DNA of 64,000 nt from the NCBI GenBank assembly GCA_024233835.1, contig JACKPC010000001.1:1605442-1669441 (forward strand), given 5' to 3'. Every line of letters begins with the position of its first letter. The stretch's first letter is position 1. This document shows, one piece after another, positions 19,667-29,795 of the stretch. The stretch is from Leptospiraceae bacterium. GTDB lineage: Bacteria > Spirochaetota > Leptospiria > Leptospirales > Leptospiraceae. The notes beneath the pieces were generated by a model. That model had not been told where the DNA came from, did no database searches, and was given only the letters and a program-made list of their open reading frames with translations. A program made the position numbers and the translations under genes.

Positions 19667-19693
19667 GTAGGCGAGAAAACGCTTGCTCGCCTG
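19667..19693. repeat. palindrome GTAGGCGAG-aaaacgcttg-CTCGCCT (GTARGCGAR element family)
   Basis: Seen directly between the asnS 3' end and the 5' region of 17705..19543. Shares a 9-nt left arm with the 16047 element. Confidence 0.4.
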
Positions 19694-19716
19694 TTTTATA
19701 TCATTTTTAGCCAGAA

Positions 19717-21018
19717 CTAAGGATTTAAACGCTCCATCATTCTTGGGTAGGGTATACATTCACGAACGTGCGGCAATCCGCAGATCCAGGCAAGAAGTCT
19801 TTCCAGTCCCAGTCCGAAGCCTGCATGAGGGACAGAGCCATATTTTCTTAGATCCAAATACCAGTCATAAGAATCTATAGGTAATTTTTCATCCTTTAAT
19901 TTTTCTATAATTTTATCATAACTTTCTTCCCGTTCAGAGCCGCCTATAATTTCACCTACTCCGTCCGGAGCGATTAAATCTGCACATAAAACGGTTTCCG
20001 AGTCATCCGGGTTTTGTTTCATGTAAAAAGCTTTAATGCTTCTCGGATAATTTTTAATAAAAACAGCTGTTTGATAGTGTGAGGTTATAATCGCTTCTCG
20101 TTCGGCATTTATATCTTCACCAAACGAAATTTGTTCTCCTTTGGACTGAAGGAGTTCAATGGCTTCACGGTATGAAATTTGTTTAAAAGGTTTTTCTATA
20201 TAACTTAATAGTTTATCAATATTAGTTTCCAATACCTGTAAATTGTGTCCTGAACGTTCAAGGGTATCACGAATAACAGTACGAACAAATTGGTCCTGAA
20301 ATGCAATACTTTCTTCGTTACCGGTAAAAGCCATTTCTGCTTCTAACATCCAGAATTCGGTGAGATGTCTTCTGGTTTTACTTTTTTCTGCTCGAAAAGT
20401 TGGACCGAAGCAGTATACATTATTGTGTGCGAATATTGCAGTTTCCAAATATAATTGTCCCGTCTGAGCAAGATAGGCATTTCCTAAATCAAAGTATTTT
20501 GTCTCAAAAAGAGTGCCGGCGCTTTCCCCTATAGAACCGGTTAAGATAGGTGTATCGATTAGAACAAAATGATTGTCATAAAAAAATTTTCGAATGGCAA
20601 AAGAAAGTTCATTTCGAACTTGAAGGATGGCAAGTTGTCGTTTAGAACGAAGCCAGAGGTGACGGTTGGTATGTAAAAAATCAACCCCGTGTTCTTTGGG
20701 GGTTATGGGATAATTATCTGATTCTCCGATGATTTCAAGCTCAGATAATAAAATCTCAAAACCGATTGGAGATTTAGCTGATTCCTGTAATTTACCCCGG
20801 ATACGAATCGATGTTTCCTGTTTTAAGTTTTTACACTTTACAAACAAGTCCTCTCCGGATTCCTTTTCGACTACTACCTGGATGATTTTCCCTGAATTCC
20901 TGACCTGAAGAAATTGTACATGATTACTTCCTCTTTTACCCTGTAGCCAGCCTTCTAATTCAACTTCTTTTCCCGAAACTTCTTTGAGATTGTATAAACC
21001 TATCTTTGTATAGTCCAT
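19717..21018 (-). CDS. asnS: asparagine--tRNA ligase (class IIb aaRS)
   Basis: N-terminal OB anticodon-binding fold. Class II motif 2 (FRAEKSKTRRHLTEFWMLEAEMAF) and motif 3 (GGSEREE...GFGLGLERL). 433 aa fits AsnS rather than AspRS. Confidence 0.8.
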   Translation of the reverse strand: MDYTKIGLYNLKEVSGKEVELEGWLQGKRGSNHVQFLQVRNSGKIIQVVVEKESGEDLFVKCKNLKQETSIRIRGKLQESAKSPIGFEILLSELEIIGESDNYPITPKEHGVDFLHTNRHLWLRSKRQLAILQVRNELSFAIRKFFYDNHFVLIDTPILTGSIGESAGTLFETKYFDLGNAYLAQTGQLYLETAIFAHNNVYCFGPTFRAEKSKTRRHLTEFWMLEAEMAFTGNEESIAFQDQFVRTVIRDTLERSGHNLQVLETNIDKLLSYIEKPFKQISYREAIELLQSKGEQISFGEDINAEREAIITSHYQTAVFIKNYPRSIKAFYMKQNPDDSETVLCADLIAPDGVGEIIGGSEREESYDKIIEKLKDEKLPIDSYDWYLDLRKYGSVPHAGFGLGLERLLAWICGLPHVRECIPYPRMMERLNP

Positions 21019-21102
21019 TACTTCATTTAACCCCGTACAATCTCTATCTGGTTTATGGAGAAAAACATCAAGCAGAAAATTTAAATATTGAAGAGATACT
21101 TT

Positions 21103-22647
21103 TTATATCCCGTATACATTTAAACTTTCTTTTCTACCTTTTACTGTAATTTCACCCAGATGCTTTAGCCCATCTTTTTTTAGTAATTGTCCGTAAGCAG
21201 TTTCTGAAATAATGAGAGGTGATTCTAATGTTTTTGACATACCCTCCAGGCGAGAAGCCAAATTTACGGCATCACCTATTACCGTATACTCCATCCTATT
21301 TTTGGAACCTATATTACCTGCTAAGACTTCACCGGTGTGAATGCCAATACCGATTTGGATAGATTCCAAACCTTCTATTTCTAACTGAGTATTCAGAAAC
21401 TCCAATTCTTTTAACATGTCTTTTGCTGTAGTAAAGGCTGCATCGGTATAATTATTTATTTCCATAGGAATATTGAATATTGCAAGAATAGCATCTCCTA
21501 TGAATTTGTTTATCATGCCATTATTTTTAGTAATACAGACATCCATTTTTTCAAAAAAACGATTTAAAAGCATAACGACTTCTTCGGGCTGCCTTTTCTC
21601 TGAGAAGGAGGTAAAACCTCGAATATCCGTAAATAAGATGGCTGCTTCTCTTATCTGTCCTCCGAGGTTTAAATTACCTTTTAAAAGATAATCCCGAACC
21701 CGATAATCTACAGCTTTTCCAAATACATCTTTTATATATTCTTTTTCTTTTAAACCTTCTACCATTTCATTCATAGATTCAGCTAATATACCCGTTTCAT
21801 CCACGGAACGAACCGGGATTTGCACTTCAAAATCTCCCTGTTTAATCCGAAAAGCAGCTTCTTTCATTATAGTAAGCGGAGTTTTAAAAGAATAGGCAAC
21901 CAAAAAACCTATGGAATAGGCTAAAACGCAGATAAAGAGAATAATAATGCTGATAGAACCTATGATTTCGGAAAGTATAGATTCTGATACCTTGCTGACT
22001 AAAATATTAAAAAACATAAAAATAGGAAGAAGGCAAACGGAAGATACAAGTATTATAAATTTACTATATATGGAAAGATGAATAACACCTTTCTGTCCGC
22101 TTATTTTATTATCAGGAAAATAGAACGGAAAAAGATATTTTCGACTGATAAAATCAAGTTGATAATAACTAATCGAGAAACAAAGGCTTGTAAAAATACC
22201 AACAAAGAGAACGTATCGAAGAACAAGCCAGGAAGTAAATTGTATTCCTGAAATATAGTGATCCAGAAAAGCTTGAATAAAACCGATTCCCCAGCCTGTA
22301 GTGATTAATAAGCTCAGCATGAAAGGGATATTGGCAGTTCGAGTTTTCGCTTTTTCAAAAAGAAGTCTTTCATTCGGCTGTTTGATTCCTTTTATTACAG
22401 GAATCGAATAAAGTGTAACCAGTAAACTGGGAACACTAAAACTGAGAATCGATAATAAACCTGAAAAGTATAAGTGCCGGGTATCCTGTTTCATGTGTTC
22501 CTTAACTGCATTGTAAAAAGGATCATTTAATATAGGTACATAGAATGAATTTAAAAACGAGACAACAAATATATTGGAGCCTAAGGTTATGAAAATAATT
22601 AAAAAAGAAAGTTTGTATGCCAGTTTCTTATTACCCTGCAATTCCAT
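21103..22647 (-). CDS. membrane-anchored class III adenylate/guanylate cyclase with HAMP domain
   Basis: Six N-terminal hydrophobic helices, HAMP-like linker. CHD domain with metal-binding FTDIRGFT, substrate-binding and transition-state residues. Confidence 0.8.
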   Translation of the reverse strand: MELQGNKKLAYKLSFLIIFITLGSNIFVVSFLNSFYVPILNDPFYNAVKEHMKQDTRHLYFSGLLSILSFSVPSLLVTLYSIPVIKGIKQPNERLLFEKAKTRTANIPFMLSLLITTGWGIGFIQAFLDHYISGIQFTSWLVLRYVLFVGIFTSLCFSISYYQLDFISRKYLFPFYFPDNKISGQKGVIHLSIYSKFIILVSSVCLLPIFMFFNILVSKVSESILSEIIGSISIIILFICVLAYSIGFLVAYSFKTPLTIMKEAAFRIKQGDFEVQIPVRSVDETGILAESMNEMVEGLKEKEYIKDVFGKAVDYRVRDYLLKGNLNLGGQIREAAILFTDIRGFTSFSEKRQPEEVVMLLNRFFEKMDVCITKNNGMINKFIGDAILAIFNIPMEINNYTDAAFTTAKDMLKELEFLNTQLEIEGLESIQIGIGIHTGEVLAGNIGSKNRMEYTVIGDAVNLASRLEGMSKTLESPLIISETAYGQLLKKDGLKHLGEITVKGRKESLNVYGI

Positions 22648-22795
22648 AATTTATCTTCCTTTTCTTAAAAAAATACTGGTCTTCAAGTAAATTGTATAAA
22701 CTTGATTTGTAAACTCCAATAATTTTCTCAATCTAAAAAAGAATTGAAAAAGTCTTTTACTTGAAGCCAGAGCGAAAAGATTATTTTTTGAAATT

Positions 22796-23233
22796 ATGAA
22801 GGAAAACGAAAATACAAATCGCCACAACAAAAAAGAACCCGTAGTAGAAAACAAGCACAGCCTTCCTTATCCTACTCGCACCCTCGATCCACCTATACGG
22901 CTTGTAGACAGAGCCAGAGAAATTGAGAGTGCAGATATGGTGATTCAGACCAGTGTAAATTCAAGACTGGAATTAATAGCAAAACAAATTCGAAATCTAC
23001 AGGACGAAGCTAAGCAAATCTTAGAACAGGCAGAATTGGACTTAGAACTTCATCGAGTAAAATGCAATTTTGAAAAGAAAGTGGGTCAGGCCATTCACCT
23101 GTATGTAAAAGACAATGGAGATAAATACTTTTCCTTACTTTCAAAAGAAGAATGGGGAAAACCTCCTCACATTTATCTTGGAACCTATATGTTAAATGCC
23201 GATAGAAGCTTTAAAAAAATAGGCGGGACTTAA
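22796..23233 (+). CDS. hypothetical protein
   Basis: ORF immediately upstream of msrA. No motif; true start may be internal. Confidence 0.35.
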   Translation: MKENENTNRHNKKEPVVENKHSLPYPTRTLDPPIRLVDRAREIESADMVIQTSVNSRLELIAKQIRNLQDEAKQILEQAELDLELHRVKCNFEKKVGQAIHLYVKDNGDKYFSLLSKEEWGKPPHIYLGTYMLNADRSFKKIGGT

Positions 23234-23304
23234 AATCCGCGAAAAGCTAAAAAAATTTTCTTTATAGAACTTATTCAGGTCTAAGAAATAATCGGAGGTA
23301 GAAA

Positions 23305-23832
23305 CTGGAAAAAGCTATTTTAGGAGGAGGTTGCTTTTGGTGTATTGAAGCAATCTTTTTAGAACTCAAGGGAGTAAAAAAAGTAATTTCGGGTTATAGT
23401 GGCGGACAGCTTAAAAATCCTTCCTACGAAGAAGTTTGTACCGGGACAACGGGACATGTAGAAGTTTGTGAAATTCATTTTGAACCAAATCTTATTTCTT
23501 ACGAAAAGCTTCTGGATATATTTTTTCATGTCCACGATCCCTGTTCTTTGAATCGCCAGGGGAATGATGTGGGGACTCAGTATCGTTCTATTATCATCAC
23601 TCTTACAGAAGAACAAAATGTAAAAGCAAGAAGTGTAAAAGAACAGTTAGATAAATCCGGTGAATTTTCCAGGCCTCTTGTTACGGAAATAAAATCCTTT
23701 GAGACTTTTTATGAAGCAGAAGGGTATCACCAGGATTATTATAATACACACCCCGGACAGGGCTATTGTGCTTATGTCATTCAGCCCAAGTTAGAAAAAT
23801 TCAGACAGAGATACAAAAGTAATTTAGAATAA
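23305..23832 (+). CDS. msrA: peptide methionine sulfoxide reductase MsrA (non-canonical start)
   Basis: In-frame translation from 23302 gives KLEKAILGGGCFWCIEAIF...GYHQDYY, including the catalytic GCFWC and the full MsrA fold. No ATG/GTG/TTG lies between the upstream in-frame TAG (23299) and the active site. A GGAGG Shine-Dalgarno at 23294..23298 sits 6 nt before CTG 23305. Confidence 0.7.
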   Translation: MEKAILGGGCFWCIEAIFLELKGVKKVISGYSGGQLKNPSYEEVCTGTTGHVEVCEIHFEPNLISYEKLLDIFFHVHDPCSLNRQGNDVGTQYRSIIITLTEEQNVKARSVKEQLDKSGEFSRPLVTEIKSFETFYEAEGYHQDYYNTHPGQGYCAYVIQPKLEKFRQRYKSNLE

Positions 23833-23834
23833 AG

Positions 23835-24638
23835 TTATTTAATAATATCCTTATAAAAATTTTTTAAAATGCTTAATTTGCATTGAATTGTAGGATAAGA
23901 CTTTGCTAATTCTTCTAAAGAATCCTGATTTACAAAATATTCACCTGCGTAGGTATTAAAGTCTTCTTCGAGGGCAGACTTCCCGTATTGATTCAAAAAA
24001 CCTTTTTGATAGTATTTCTCGGCACCGGATAGGGAAGCTTTATTTTCTTTAATGGCATTTACTCCACCTTTTCCGTATTGGAAAGAAGGTTCGTTGCAGG
24101 CTTTCCATTTATCTTCTGAGAATTGAGTTTTGTGATTACGAAGTAAGATGCTGGAAAGTTCGTGATGAAAGCTCATTTCTATATACTCATCGGTATAGCC
24201 ACTACTTCTTCCGGCACTGGTGAGATACACTCTGGCTCGGCTATTACTTCCTCCATAACTTATGCCGTAGAATTTTAAACTATGAAATACATATACTTTT
24301 TTCAAATTTTTATTAAGAAACGAAGCCGGATATTTAGAAATAGCTTTTTCAATTACCGACAGGGTATTTTTAAAATACTTTTTTTTCAGACTTTCTGCCT
24401 GCGGATTAATTTCCCGGTTTTGCCAGTATTCGGGAAAGCTATTTTTGTCTACTATCCAGGAAATAAGTATATCTGAATTCTTCACTTTTATTTCTTTTTC
24501 AGAGAAATCGTAGGCAAAAATCTTGACAGGATTTAGAATCATAGTGATTTTTAGTAATAGAAATACATAGAAAAAAAATCTCATAAAATTACTCTCCGGA
24601 GGTTTGTTGTTATGTACCAAATTGATAAGACCCTTCAA
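23835..24638 (-). CDS. hypothetical secreted protein
   Basis: Hydrophobic N-terminal segment. No motif. Confidence 0.45.
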   Translation of the reverse strand: MKGLINLVHNNKPPESNFMRFFFYVFLLLKITMILNPVKIFAYDFSEKEIKVKNSDILISWIVDKNSFPEYWQNREINPQAESLKKKYFKNTLSVIEKAISKYPASFLNKNLKKVYVFHSLKFYGISYGGSNSRARVYLTSAGRSSGYTDEYIEMSFHHELSSILLRNHKTQFSEDKWKACNEPSFQYGKGGVNAIKENKASLSGAEKYYQKGFLNQYGKSALEEDFNTYAGEYFVNQDSLEELAKSYPTIQCKLSILKNFYKDIIK

Positions 24639-25043
24639 ATCATTTTACGTGATATAAAGGATACAATTCAAAAAAATCAAGAAGAAAAAAAGAGCTTAAA
24701 GCCGGAACATTTTGTATATTCCAGCGGTCGTTTAAAGAGACATAATGTGAAAATTCAGGAAATGCTTGAGTCTTACCTGGAAGGACTTCAGGAAATGAAG
24801 AGGAACCGCAAGTCTGATTTCTTTAAATGGATAAAGTTTAATTTAAGTTATTTGAATGGTAAGCTGAAACATTTAAAGGAACAATGGAAATTACATAAAA
24901 CCAAATCGGAACTCATCGAATATTACAGTATTCAAATTGAAAATTGCAAAAAGCTAATACAATCCTGGAAGCAGGTAGGGGAGGGAAAGAAGGATATCGT
25001 TGATTTACATTTGTATTCAGGAAGCTTGGAACTTCCAGGTTAG
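24612..25043 (+). CDS. hypothetical protein
   Basis: 143-aa charged ORF. No motif. Confidence 0.35.
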   Translation: MYQIDKTLQIILRDIKDTIQKNQEEKKSLKPEHFVYSSGRLKRHNVKIQEMLESYLEGLQEMKRNRKSDFFKWIKFNLSYLNGKLKHLKEQWKLHKTKSELIEYYSIQIENCKKLIQSWKQVGEGKKDIVDLHLYSGSLELPG

Positions 25044-25051
25044 CTTATAGG

Positions 25052-25071
25052 CCCACGACTTAGGTCGTGGG
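25052..25071. terminator. hairpin CCCACGAC-ttag-GTCGTGGG between convergent genes
   Basis: Perfect 8-bp stem seen directly, lying between the convergent genes 24612..25043(+) and 25103..26560(-), 9 nt after the stop of the former. Confidence 0.4.
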
Positions 25072-25102
25072 TGCAAAAAGGAGGAAGGCGGGTCTCAGGT
25101 TT

Positions 25103-26560
25103 TTATAGTTTATTTTCTGTCACCGTATTCGCTTCAAATTCCCTGAATTTTTTATCCAGTAGATCTCTCAGGTTCTTTTTATCCTGCTTATCCAGAAAAC
25201 TATACTCTATACTATTATATACGAATTTCTTAATACCTTCATAGTTCACTCTCCTGTATCGGTGAGCGGCAATTACAAATTGCTGGGTCAAATCAGTTCT
25301 GAATACACCGGCATCGTCAGTGGAAAGTACAATAGGCACATCATTCTGATAGTAGATCATGAAAGGGTGAGCTCTACCTTTTACTCCCAGAATAAATTCA
25401 TTCGAAGTCAGGGGAACCTCGACGGCTACTTTCTTATCACTCATGTATTCAATTGTTTTCTGGTAATTTGGTTCGTAAATAATTGAAACTCCGTGGCCGA
25501 TTCTTTTTGCCCCGGCCATTTTAACAGCTTTTTCAATATGACAGAGTAATTCCTCCGGTTTTACCAGCTCAAGATTTAATTCTCCGGCATGAAGAGAAAG
25601 GTTTATTTCCGGATACTTCTTATTTAGAAATTGAAACATCTGCATGTGTAGTTCATAATCTCTTAAGGCATGATAATTGTCTTCCGGAGCCACAAAATTC
25701 ACTCCTACTACCAGAGGGTTGGTTTTTGCAATTTCATACGCCAGAACTAATTGAGCAAAAACTTTGGTTTTATCTAAAAAACGCAGGCCGAAAGTCTTAT
25801 AACGAATCAGGGTATTACACTTAAAATTACGCTTCTGGCAAACTTTTATACGATTCTTATCAAAACGTTCAACTCTTTCATTTGCCTTGCTGACAATAGA
25901 ACTTAAACCGGATGAATGAAAAAGTTTATAGAGTTTTTCAAAATCAGCCTGGGGTTCTTCCGGGTTTTCCCATTTGAAGGATTCTGAAATACGTTCCGTT
26001 TCGGACTGCTCTCTCGGCAGGTTAATCATGGTTTCCAGATACTGAACATTTTCCTGGGTGGCCCTGTTATCTAAAATAGCAAGAATTTCAGCTTCATTCC
26101 CCATGTAACCGGCTGAAAAGCGAAAAAAAGTACTGAAAAAATGCTTATGAGAAGAATCTTTACCCGGATGAAAGTTTCGAATGGACCAGGAATCAATTAG
26201 TTTATCCCGCATTCCAAAAAGCTTAAGAGCATCCTTAACCAGAAGGGTTCTTTTTTTGCCCAGCTCGTCTTCAGCGATACTCTTTTGCAGGATAAATTCA
26301 TCTATATCCACGTATAGGTTTTTGCGATAAGCCAGATCCAGATAAGTCTCCGCATAAACGGAACCACTGAGGTGATGGTGCAAATCACCTCCTTTGGGCA
26401 TTTTAGCAAAGAAAAGCCGAAGGGAATTTGGATCAGATTTAATTTTCTCAAAAAAACCTGAAACCTTGTTTTCATTCTGGGTCCCGGCAAACGTGGATGT
26501 AGTAATAAATAGAAATAGAATAGCTAAATGGAATATGGAAATAAGTTTTTTACTAATCAT
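25103..26560 (-). CDS. secreted adenosine deaminase-family protein (ADGF/CECR1-like)
   Basis: Signal peptide. Zinc-binding HHHLSG near the N-terminus, SLHAGE, and C-terminal VLSTDDAGVF (ADA signature SLSTDDP-like). 485 aa with extra N-terminal region as in adenosine-deaminase growth-factor proteins. Confidence 0.7.
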   Translation of the reverse strand: MISKKLISIFHLAILFLFITTSTFAGTQNENKVSGFFEKIKSDPNSLRLFFAKMPKGGDLHHHLSGSVYAETYLDLAYRKNLYVDIDEFILQKSIAEDELGKKRTLLVKDALKLFGMRDKLIDSWSIRNFHPGKDSSHKHFFSTFFRFSAGYMGNEAEILAILDNRATQENVQYLETMINLPREQSETERISESFKWENPEEPQADFEKLYKLFHSSGLSSIVSKANERVERFDKNRIKVCQKRNFKCNTLIRYKTFGLRFLDKTKVFAQLVLAYEIAKTNPLVVGVNFVAPEDNYHALRDYELHMQMFQFLNKKYPEINLSLHAGELNLELVKPEELLCHIEKAVKMAGAKRIGHGVSIIYEPNYQKTIEYMSDKKVAVEVPLTSNEFILGVKGRAHPFMIYYQNDVPIVLSTDDAGVFRTDLTQQFVIAAHRYRRVNYEGIKKFVYNSIEYSFLDKQDKKNLRDLLDKKFREFEANTVTENKL

Positions 26561-26666
26561 GATTTAATTCTATTTTTATTTAAAAAAAAAGAAAGTACTT
26601 TTGCATTTCTAAAAAGAAATTTCGTAAATTAAAAACTAAAGCAGTCTATATATAAAGAAATGAGAG

Positions 26667-26915
26667 ATGCTTCAAAAAGGACGAAGGCAGATGAAAATCG
26701 AATCAAGTGATATTCGTAATATATTTCAAAAAATAACTCAGGTTTACAACATCGACAGCTATAAAGACCTGGAAGACGAGCTTACCATAGACGATTCAGA
26801 AGATATACAGGAATTATCCATTCCACCATTTCTTCATCAAACTTTAAAAAAAGTTATGGAAGATGAACTGGAAAGGGAACTGGAAAAAGATTTTTCGTTA
26901 AAAGAAGATGTTTAA
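26667..26915 (+). CDS. small acidic hypothetical protein
   Basis: 82-aa ORF, Asp/Glu-rich. Followed by a hairpin terminator. Confidence 0.35.
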   Translation: MLQKGRRQMKIESSDIRNIFQKITQVYNIDSYKDLEDELTIDDSEDIQELSIPPFLHQTLKKVMEDELERELEKDFSLKEDV

Positions 26916-26921
26916 TAATGG

Positions 26922-26945
26922 AGAGGGCGGTGTCGCGCCCTCCTG
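26922..26945. terminator. GC-rich hairpin GAGGGCG-gtgtcg-CGCCCTC between convergent genes
   Basis: Seen directly. Stem is 7 bp, all G/C except one A-T pair. Confidence 0.45.
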
Positions 26946-26963
26946 AAGAAGATTTATAAAGGT

Positions 26964-27230
26964 TTAAGATTCTTTTGTCTGAGGATAAACAGAAATTTTC
27001 TTTTTTATTTTATTGATGAATTCGAAAGTCATAACTCCATCAACAAGGGCAAAAAGAGTGTGATCCTTTCCCATACCTACATTATTTCCGGCTTTGAACT
27101 TAGTTCCTCTTTGACGAACGAGGATATTGCCGGCTTTAACCGTTTGTCCACCGGATCTTTTTAACCCGAGTCGCTTCGACTCTGAATCTCTACCGTTTTT
27201 AGATGAACCGCCACCTTTCTTGTGAGCCAT
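26964..27230 (-). CDS. rpmA: 50S ribosomal protein L27
   Basis: [22 protein letters not shown]...[18 protein letters not shown] is the canonical L27 sequence. Confidence 0.9.
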   Translation of the reverse strand: MAHKKGGGSSKNGRDSESKRLGLKRSGGQTVKAGNILVRQRGTKFKAGNNVGMGKDHTLFALVDGVMTFEFINKIKKKISVYPQTKES

Positions 27231-27241
27231 TTTTTTCTCCT

Positions 27242-27562
27242 TTAATTTGTATTATAACTTTTAATATATATCTGTATCTCTTCGGGAAATTGTTTCTCCA
27301 GGTTTTGAAGACCGCAAAGAGCCTGTTCAAATGCGTTTTTCACCAGTTCGACTTCCTCTACAAAAACAGAGAAATACAAAAAACCTTCCTGTATCTTCTT
27401 TTCTTTTACCCTTCCCTTTAACTCAAGAAAAAAGAAGAGAGACTGGCTTAAGGCAGAGACCGCCGAACAGAGGACATTATTTCCTTTTTGCCCGGGGGCA
27501 TGGCCACTTACTTGAAAACTGCTATAATTTAGGTCTCTAAATTCTACCTGGATCTCAATCAA
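27242..27562 (-). CDS. prp: ribosomal-processing cysteine protease Prp (DUF464)
   Basis: Located between rplU and rpmA. Conserved GHA...VLCSAVSAL motif of Prp. Confidence 0.7.
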   Translation of the reverse strand: MIEIQVEFRDLNYSSFQVSGHAPGQKGNNVLCSAVSALSQSLFFFLELKGRVKEKKIQEGFLYFSVFVEEVELVKNAFEQALCGLQNLEKQFPEEIQIYIKSYNTN

Positions 27563-27867
27563 TTAGAGATAGAAACTACTTTAAGTTTTTGAAGTTCCTG
27601 TCTATGTCCCCAGGATTTATGATAATTTTTTCTTTTTTTGTATTTGAAACCTTTTATCTTGGTTCCTCTGAAATCCTCAAGAACCTGAAGTTTTACTTTT
27701 ACATCTTTCAGTTCAGGAGTTCCAACATTGATCTTATTACCTTCAGCAAAAAGAAGAGCCGGAGTTTCAAACTCGGAACCTACTTCTCTACCGGTTCTCT
27801 GGCTTACAAATTCTAAATCCTGTTCAACTCTAAACTGTTGATTTCCTACCTTGATTATTGCGTACAT
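27559..27867 (-). CDS. rplU: 50S ribosomal protein L21
   Basis: MYAIIKVGNQQFRVEQ... is the canonical L21 start. Start placed at the internal ATG 27867 (103 aa) with GGGAAAG SD upstream; the track ORF extends to 27939. Confidence 0.9.
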   Translation of the reverse strand: MYAIIKVGNQQFRVEQDLEFVSQRTGREVGSEFETPALLFAEGNKINVGTPELKDVKVKLQVLEDFRGTKIKGFKYKKRKNYHKSWGHRQELQKLKVVSISN

Positions 27868-27983
27868 GTCTTTCCCTGCTATTAGAGTAGAATACAGCAT
27901 TTTTTTTTTACCCTTTAAAGTCAATGAATAAATAGACAAGAAACTTGTTTAAAAATTACTGGTCATATTGGATTTTTATTAGA

Positions 27984-29789
27984 ATGGAAATACGCAACAT
28001 TTGTATTATCGCTCACGTTGACCACGGAAAGACTACCCTGTTAGATTGTATCCTGAAAGAGACCGGTGCAGTTACCAGCAAGGAGTCCAAAGAACGGATT
28101 ATGGATTCGAATGACCTCGAACAAGAAAGGGGAATCACCATAGTCGCTAAGAATACTGCTGTTTATCATAAGAATACGAAAGTAAACATTATCGATACTC
28201 CCGGGCACGCTGACTTTGGAGGCGAAGTAGAGCGGGTTTTGAAGATGGCTGACTCCTGTTTATTACTGGTTGATGCTTTTGATGGTCCTATGCCCCAGAC
28301 ACGTTTTGTACTGGATAAATCTCTTCAATTAGGCCACAGACCCATCCTCGTTGTGAATAAAGTCGACAGGGAAGGTAGTCATCCGAATGAGGTAGTAAAT
28401 AAGGTTTTCGATCTCTTTCATGATCTCGAAGCGAATGATGAGCAGATGGATTTTCCGATTATCTTTACTTCTGCCAAATTAGGTTGGGCTGTAAAGCATG
28501 CAGAAGATGCTCCCGGACAGAATATGCAACCCCTTCTTGACCTGATACTTCAACATGTACCTGTTTCAAAAGGAAATGTGGATGGTCCTCTACAATTTCA
28601 GGTCACTACTCTCGACTATAACGATTATGTGGGTCGAATTGCTGTAGGTAAAATTTACCAGGGGAAATTAACCCGAAGTAAAGATGTGACTCTGGTCAAA
28701 ACCAAAGGCCAGGTTTCTAACCATAGAATCTCTAGATTGTATAATTTCGAAGGTTTAAAGCGAGAGGAAGTGGAATCAGCCGAAGCGGGTGATATTGTGG
28801 CTATCGCCGGTATTCCTGAGCTATTTATCGGAGATACGGTCTGTGACCTGGGTAAACCTCTTCCTTTACCAGCTATCAGTGTAGATGAACCAACTGTGTC
28901 TATGTTCTTCCTGGTGAATAATTCTCCCTTTGCCGGCAAAGAAGGTAAATTCGTAACCACAAGAAATCTGAAAGAAAGACTGGAGCGAGAACTTCAGACC
29001 AATGTGGCCATGAGAATGACCGAGACCGAAGATAAAGACCGCTTTAAGGTCATGGGAAGAGGAGAGCTTCATCTTTCCATATTAATTGAAACTATGCGTC
29101 GGGAAGGTTATGAATTACAGGTTTCCCGTCCTGAGGTAATTGTTAGGCAGGGGCCTAATGGAGAAAAATTGGAACCCATTGAAGTCCTTGTAATGGACAT
29201 GCCCGATCAATTTACCGGTTCTATAATTGCCGAGTTAAATCGCCGGAAAGGCGATCTTCATGCCATGCACGCGAATCCTTCCGGAATGACCCGTGTAGAA
29301 TATTATATTCCCACCAGAGGTTTGATTGGCTTTAGAGGATTCTTTATCACCGAAACCAGGGGCGAAGGAGTAATGACAAGTCGCTTTCATGAGTACGGGC
29401 CATATCGGGGAGAAGTTCCGGGTAGAAAAAACGGGGCTCTTATTTCTATGGACTCAGGTGATTCAACAGCCTATGCTCTCTGGAAAATCCAGGAAAGAGG
29501 GACTTTATTCATTGATCCGGTTCAGGCGGTTTATCCGGGAATGATCATTGGAGAAAATTCAAGAGAAAATGATATGGAAGTGAACCCTGTTCGTGAGAAA
29601 AAACTTACAAACGTCCGTTCTTCCGGTGCCGATGAAGCTATTCGTTTAATTCCCCCCCGTCGTCTTTCCCTGGAGCAGGCAATTGAGTTTTTGGATTCAG
29701 ATGAGCTTTTAGAAGTTACTCCTAAATCCTTACGCTTGCGTAAAAAAATACTGGATCCGGTTATGAGAAAGAGAGCGAAAATATCCTAG
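27984..29789 (+). CDS. typA: translational GTPase TypA/BipA
   Basis: G1 [11 protein letters not shown]3 DTPGHADF, G4 NKVD. EF-G-like domain layout, ~600 aa. Start placed at ATG 27984 ([18 protein letters not shown]). Confidence 0.9.
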   Translation: MEIRNICIIAHVDHGKTTLLDCILKETGAVTSKESKERIMDSNDLEQERGITIVAKNTAVYHKNTKVNIIDTPGHADFGGEVERVLKMADSCLLLVDAFDGPMPQTRFVLDKSLQLGHRPILVVNKVDREGSHPNEVVNKVFDLFHDLEANDEQMDFPIIFTSAKLGWAVKHAEDAPGQNMQPLLDLILQHVPVSKGNVDGPLQFQVTTLDYNDYVGRIAVGKIYQGKLTRSKDVTLVKTKGQVSNHRISRLYNFEGLKREEVESAEAGDIVAIAGIPELFIGDTVCDLGKPLPLPAISVDEPTVSMFFLVNNSPFAGKEGKFVTTRNLKERLERELQTNVAMRMTETEDKDRFKVMGRGELHLSILIETMRREGYELQVSRPEVIVRQGPNGEKLEPIEVLVMDMPDQFTGSIIAELNRRKGDLHAMHANPSGMTRVEYYIPTRGLIGFRGFFITETRGEGVMTSRFHEYGPYRGEVPGRKNGALISMDSGDSTAYALWKIQERGTLFIDPVQAVYPGMIIGENSRENDMEVNPVREKKLTNVRSSGADEAIRLIPPRRLSLEQAIEFLDSDELLEVTPKSLRLRKKILDPVMRKRAKIS

Positions 29790-29795
29790 ACTTTT

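Noticed and set aside
23359-23616. 85-aa minus-strand ORF
   Set aside because: It lies entirely antisense within the msrA coding region, which has a clear conserved protein signal on the plus strand.
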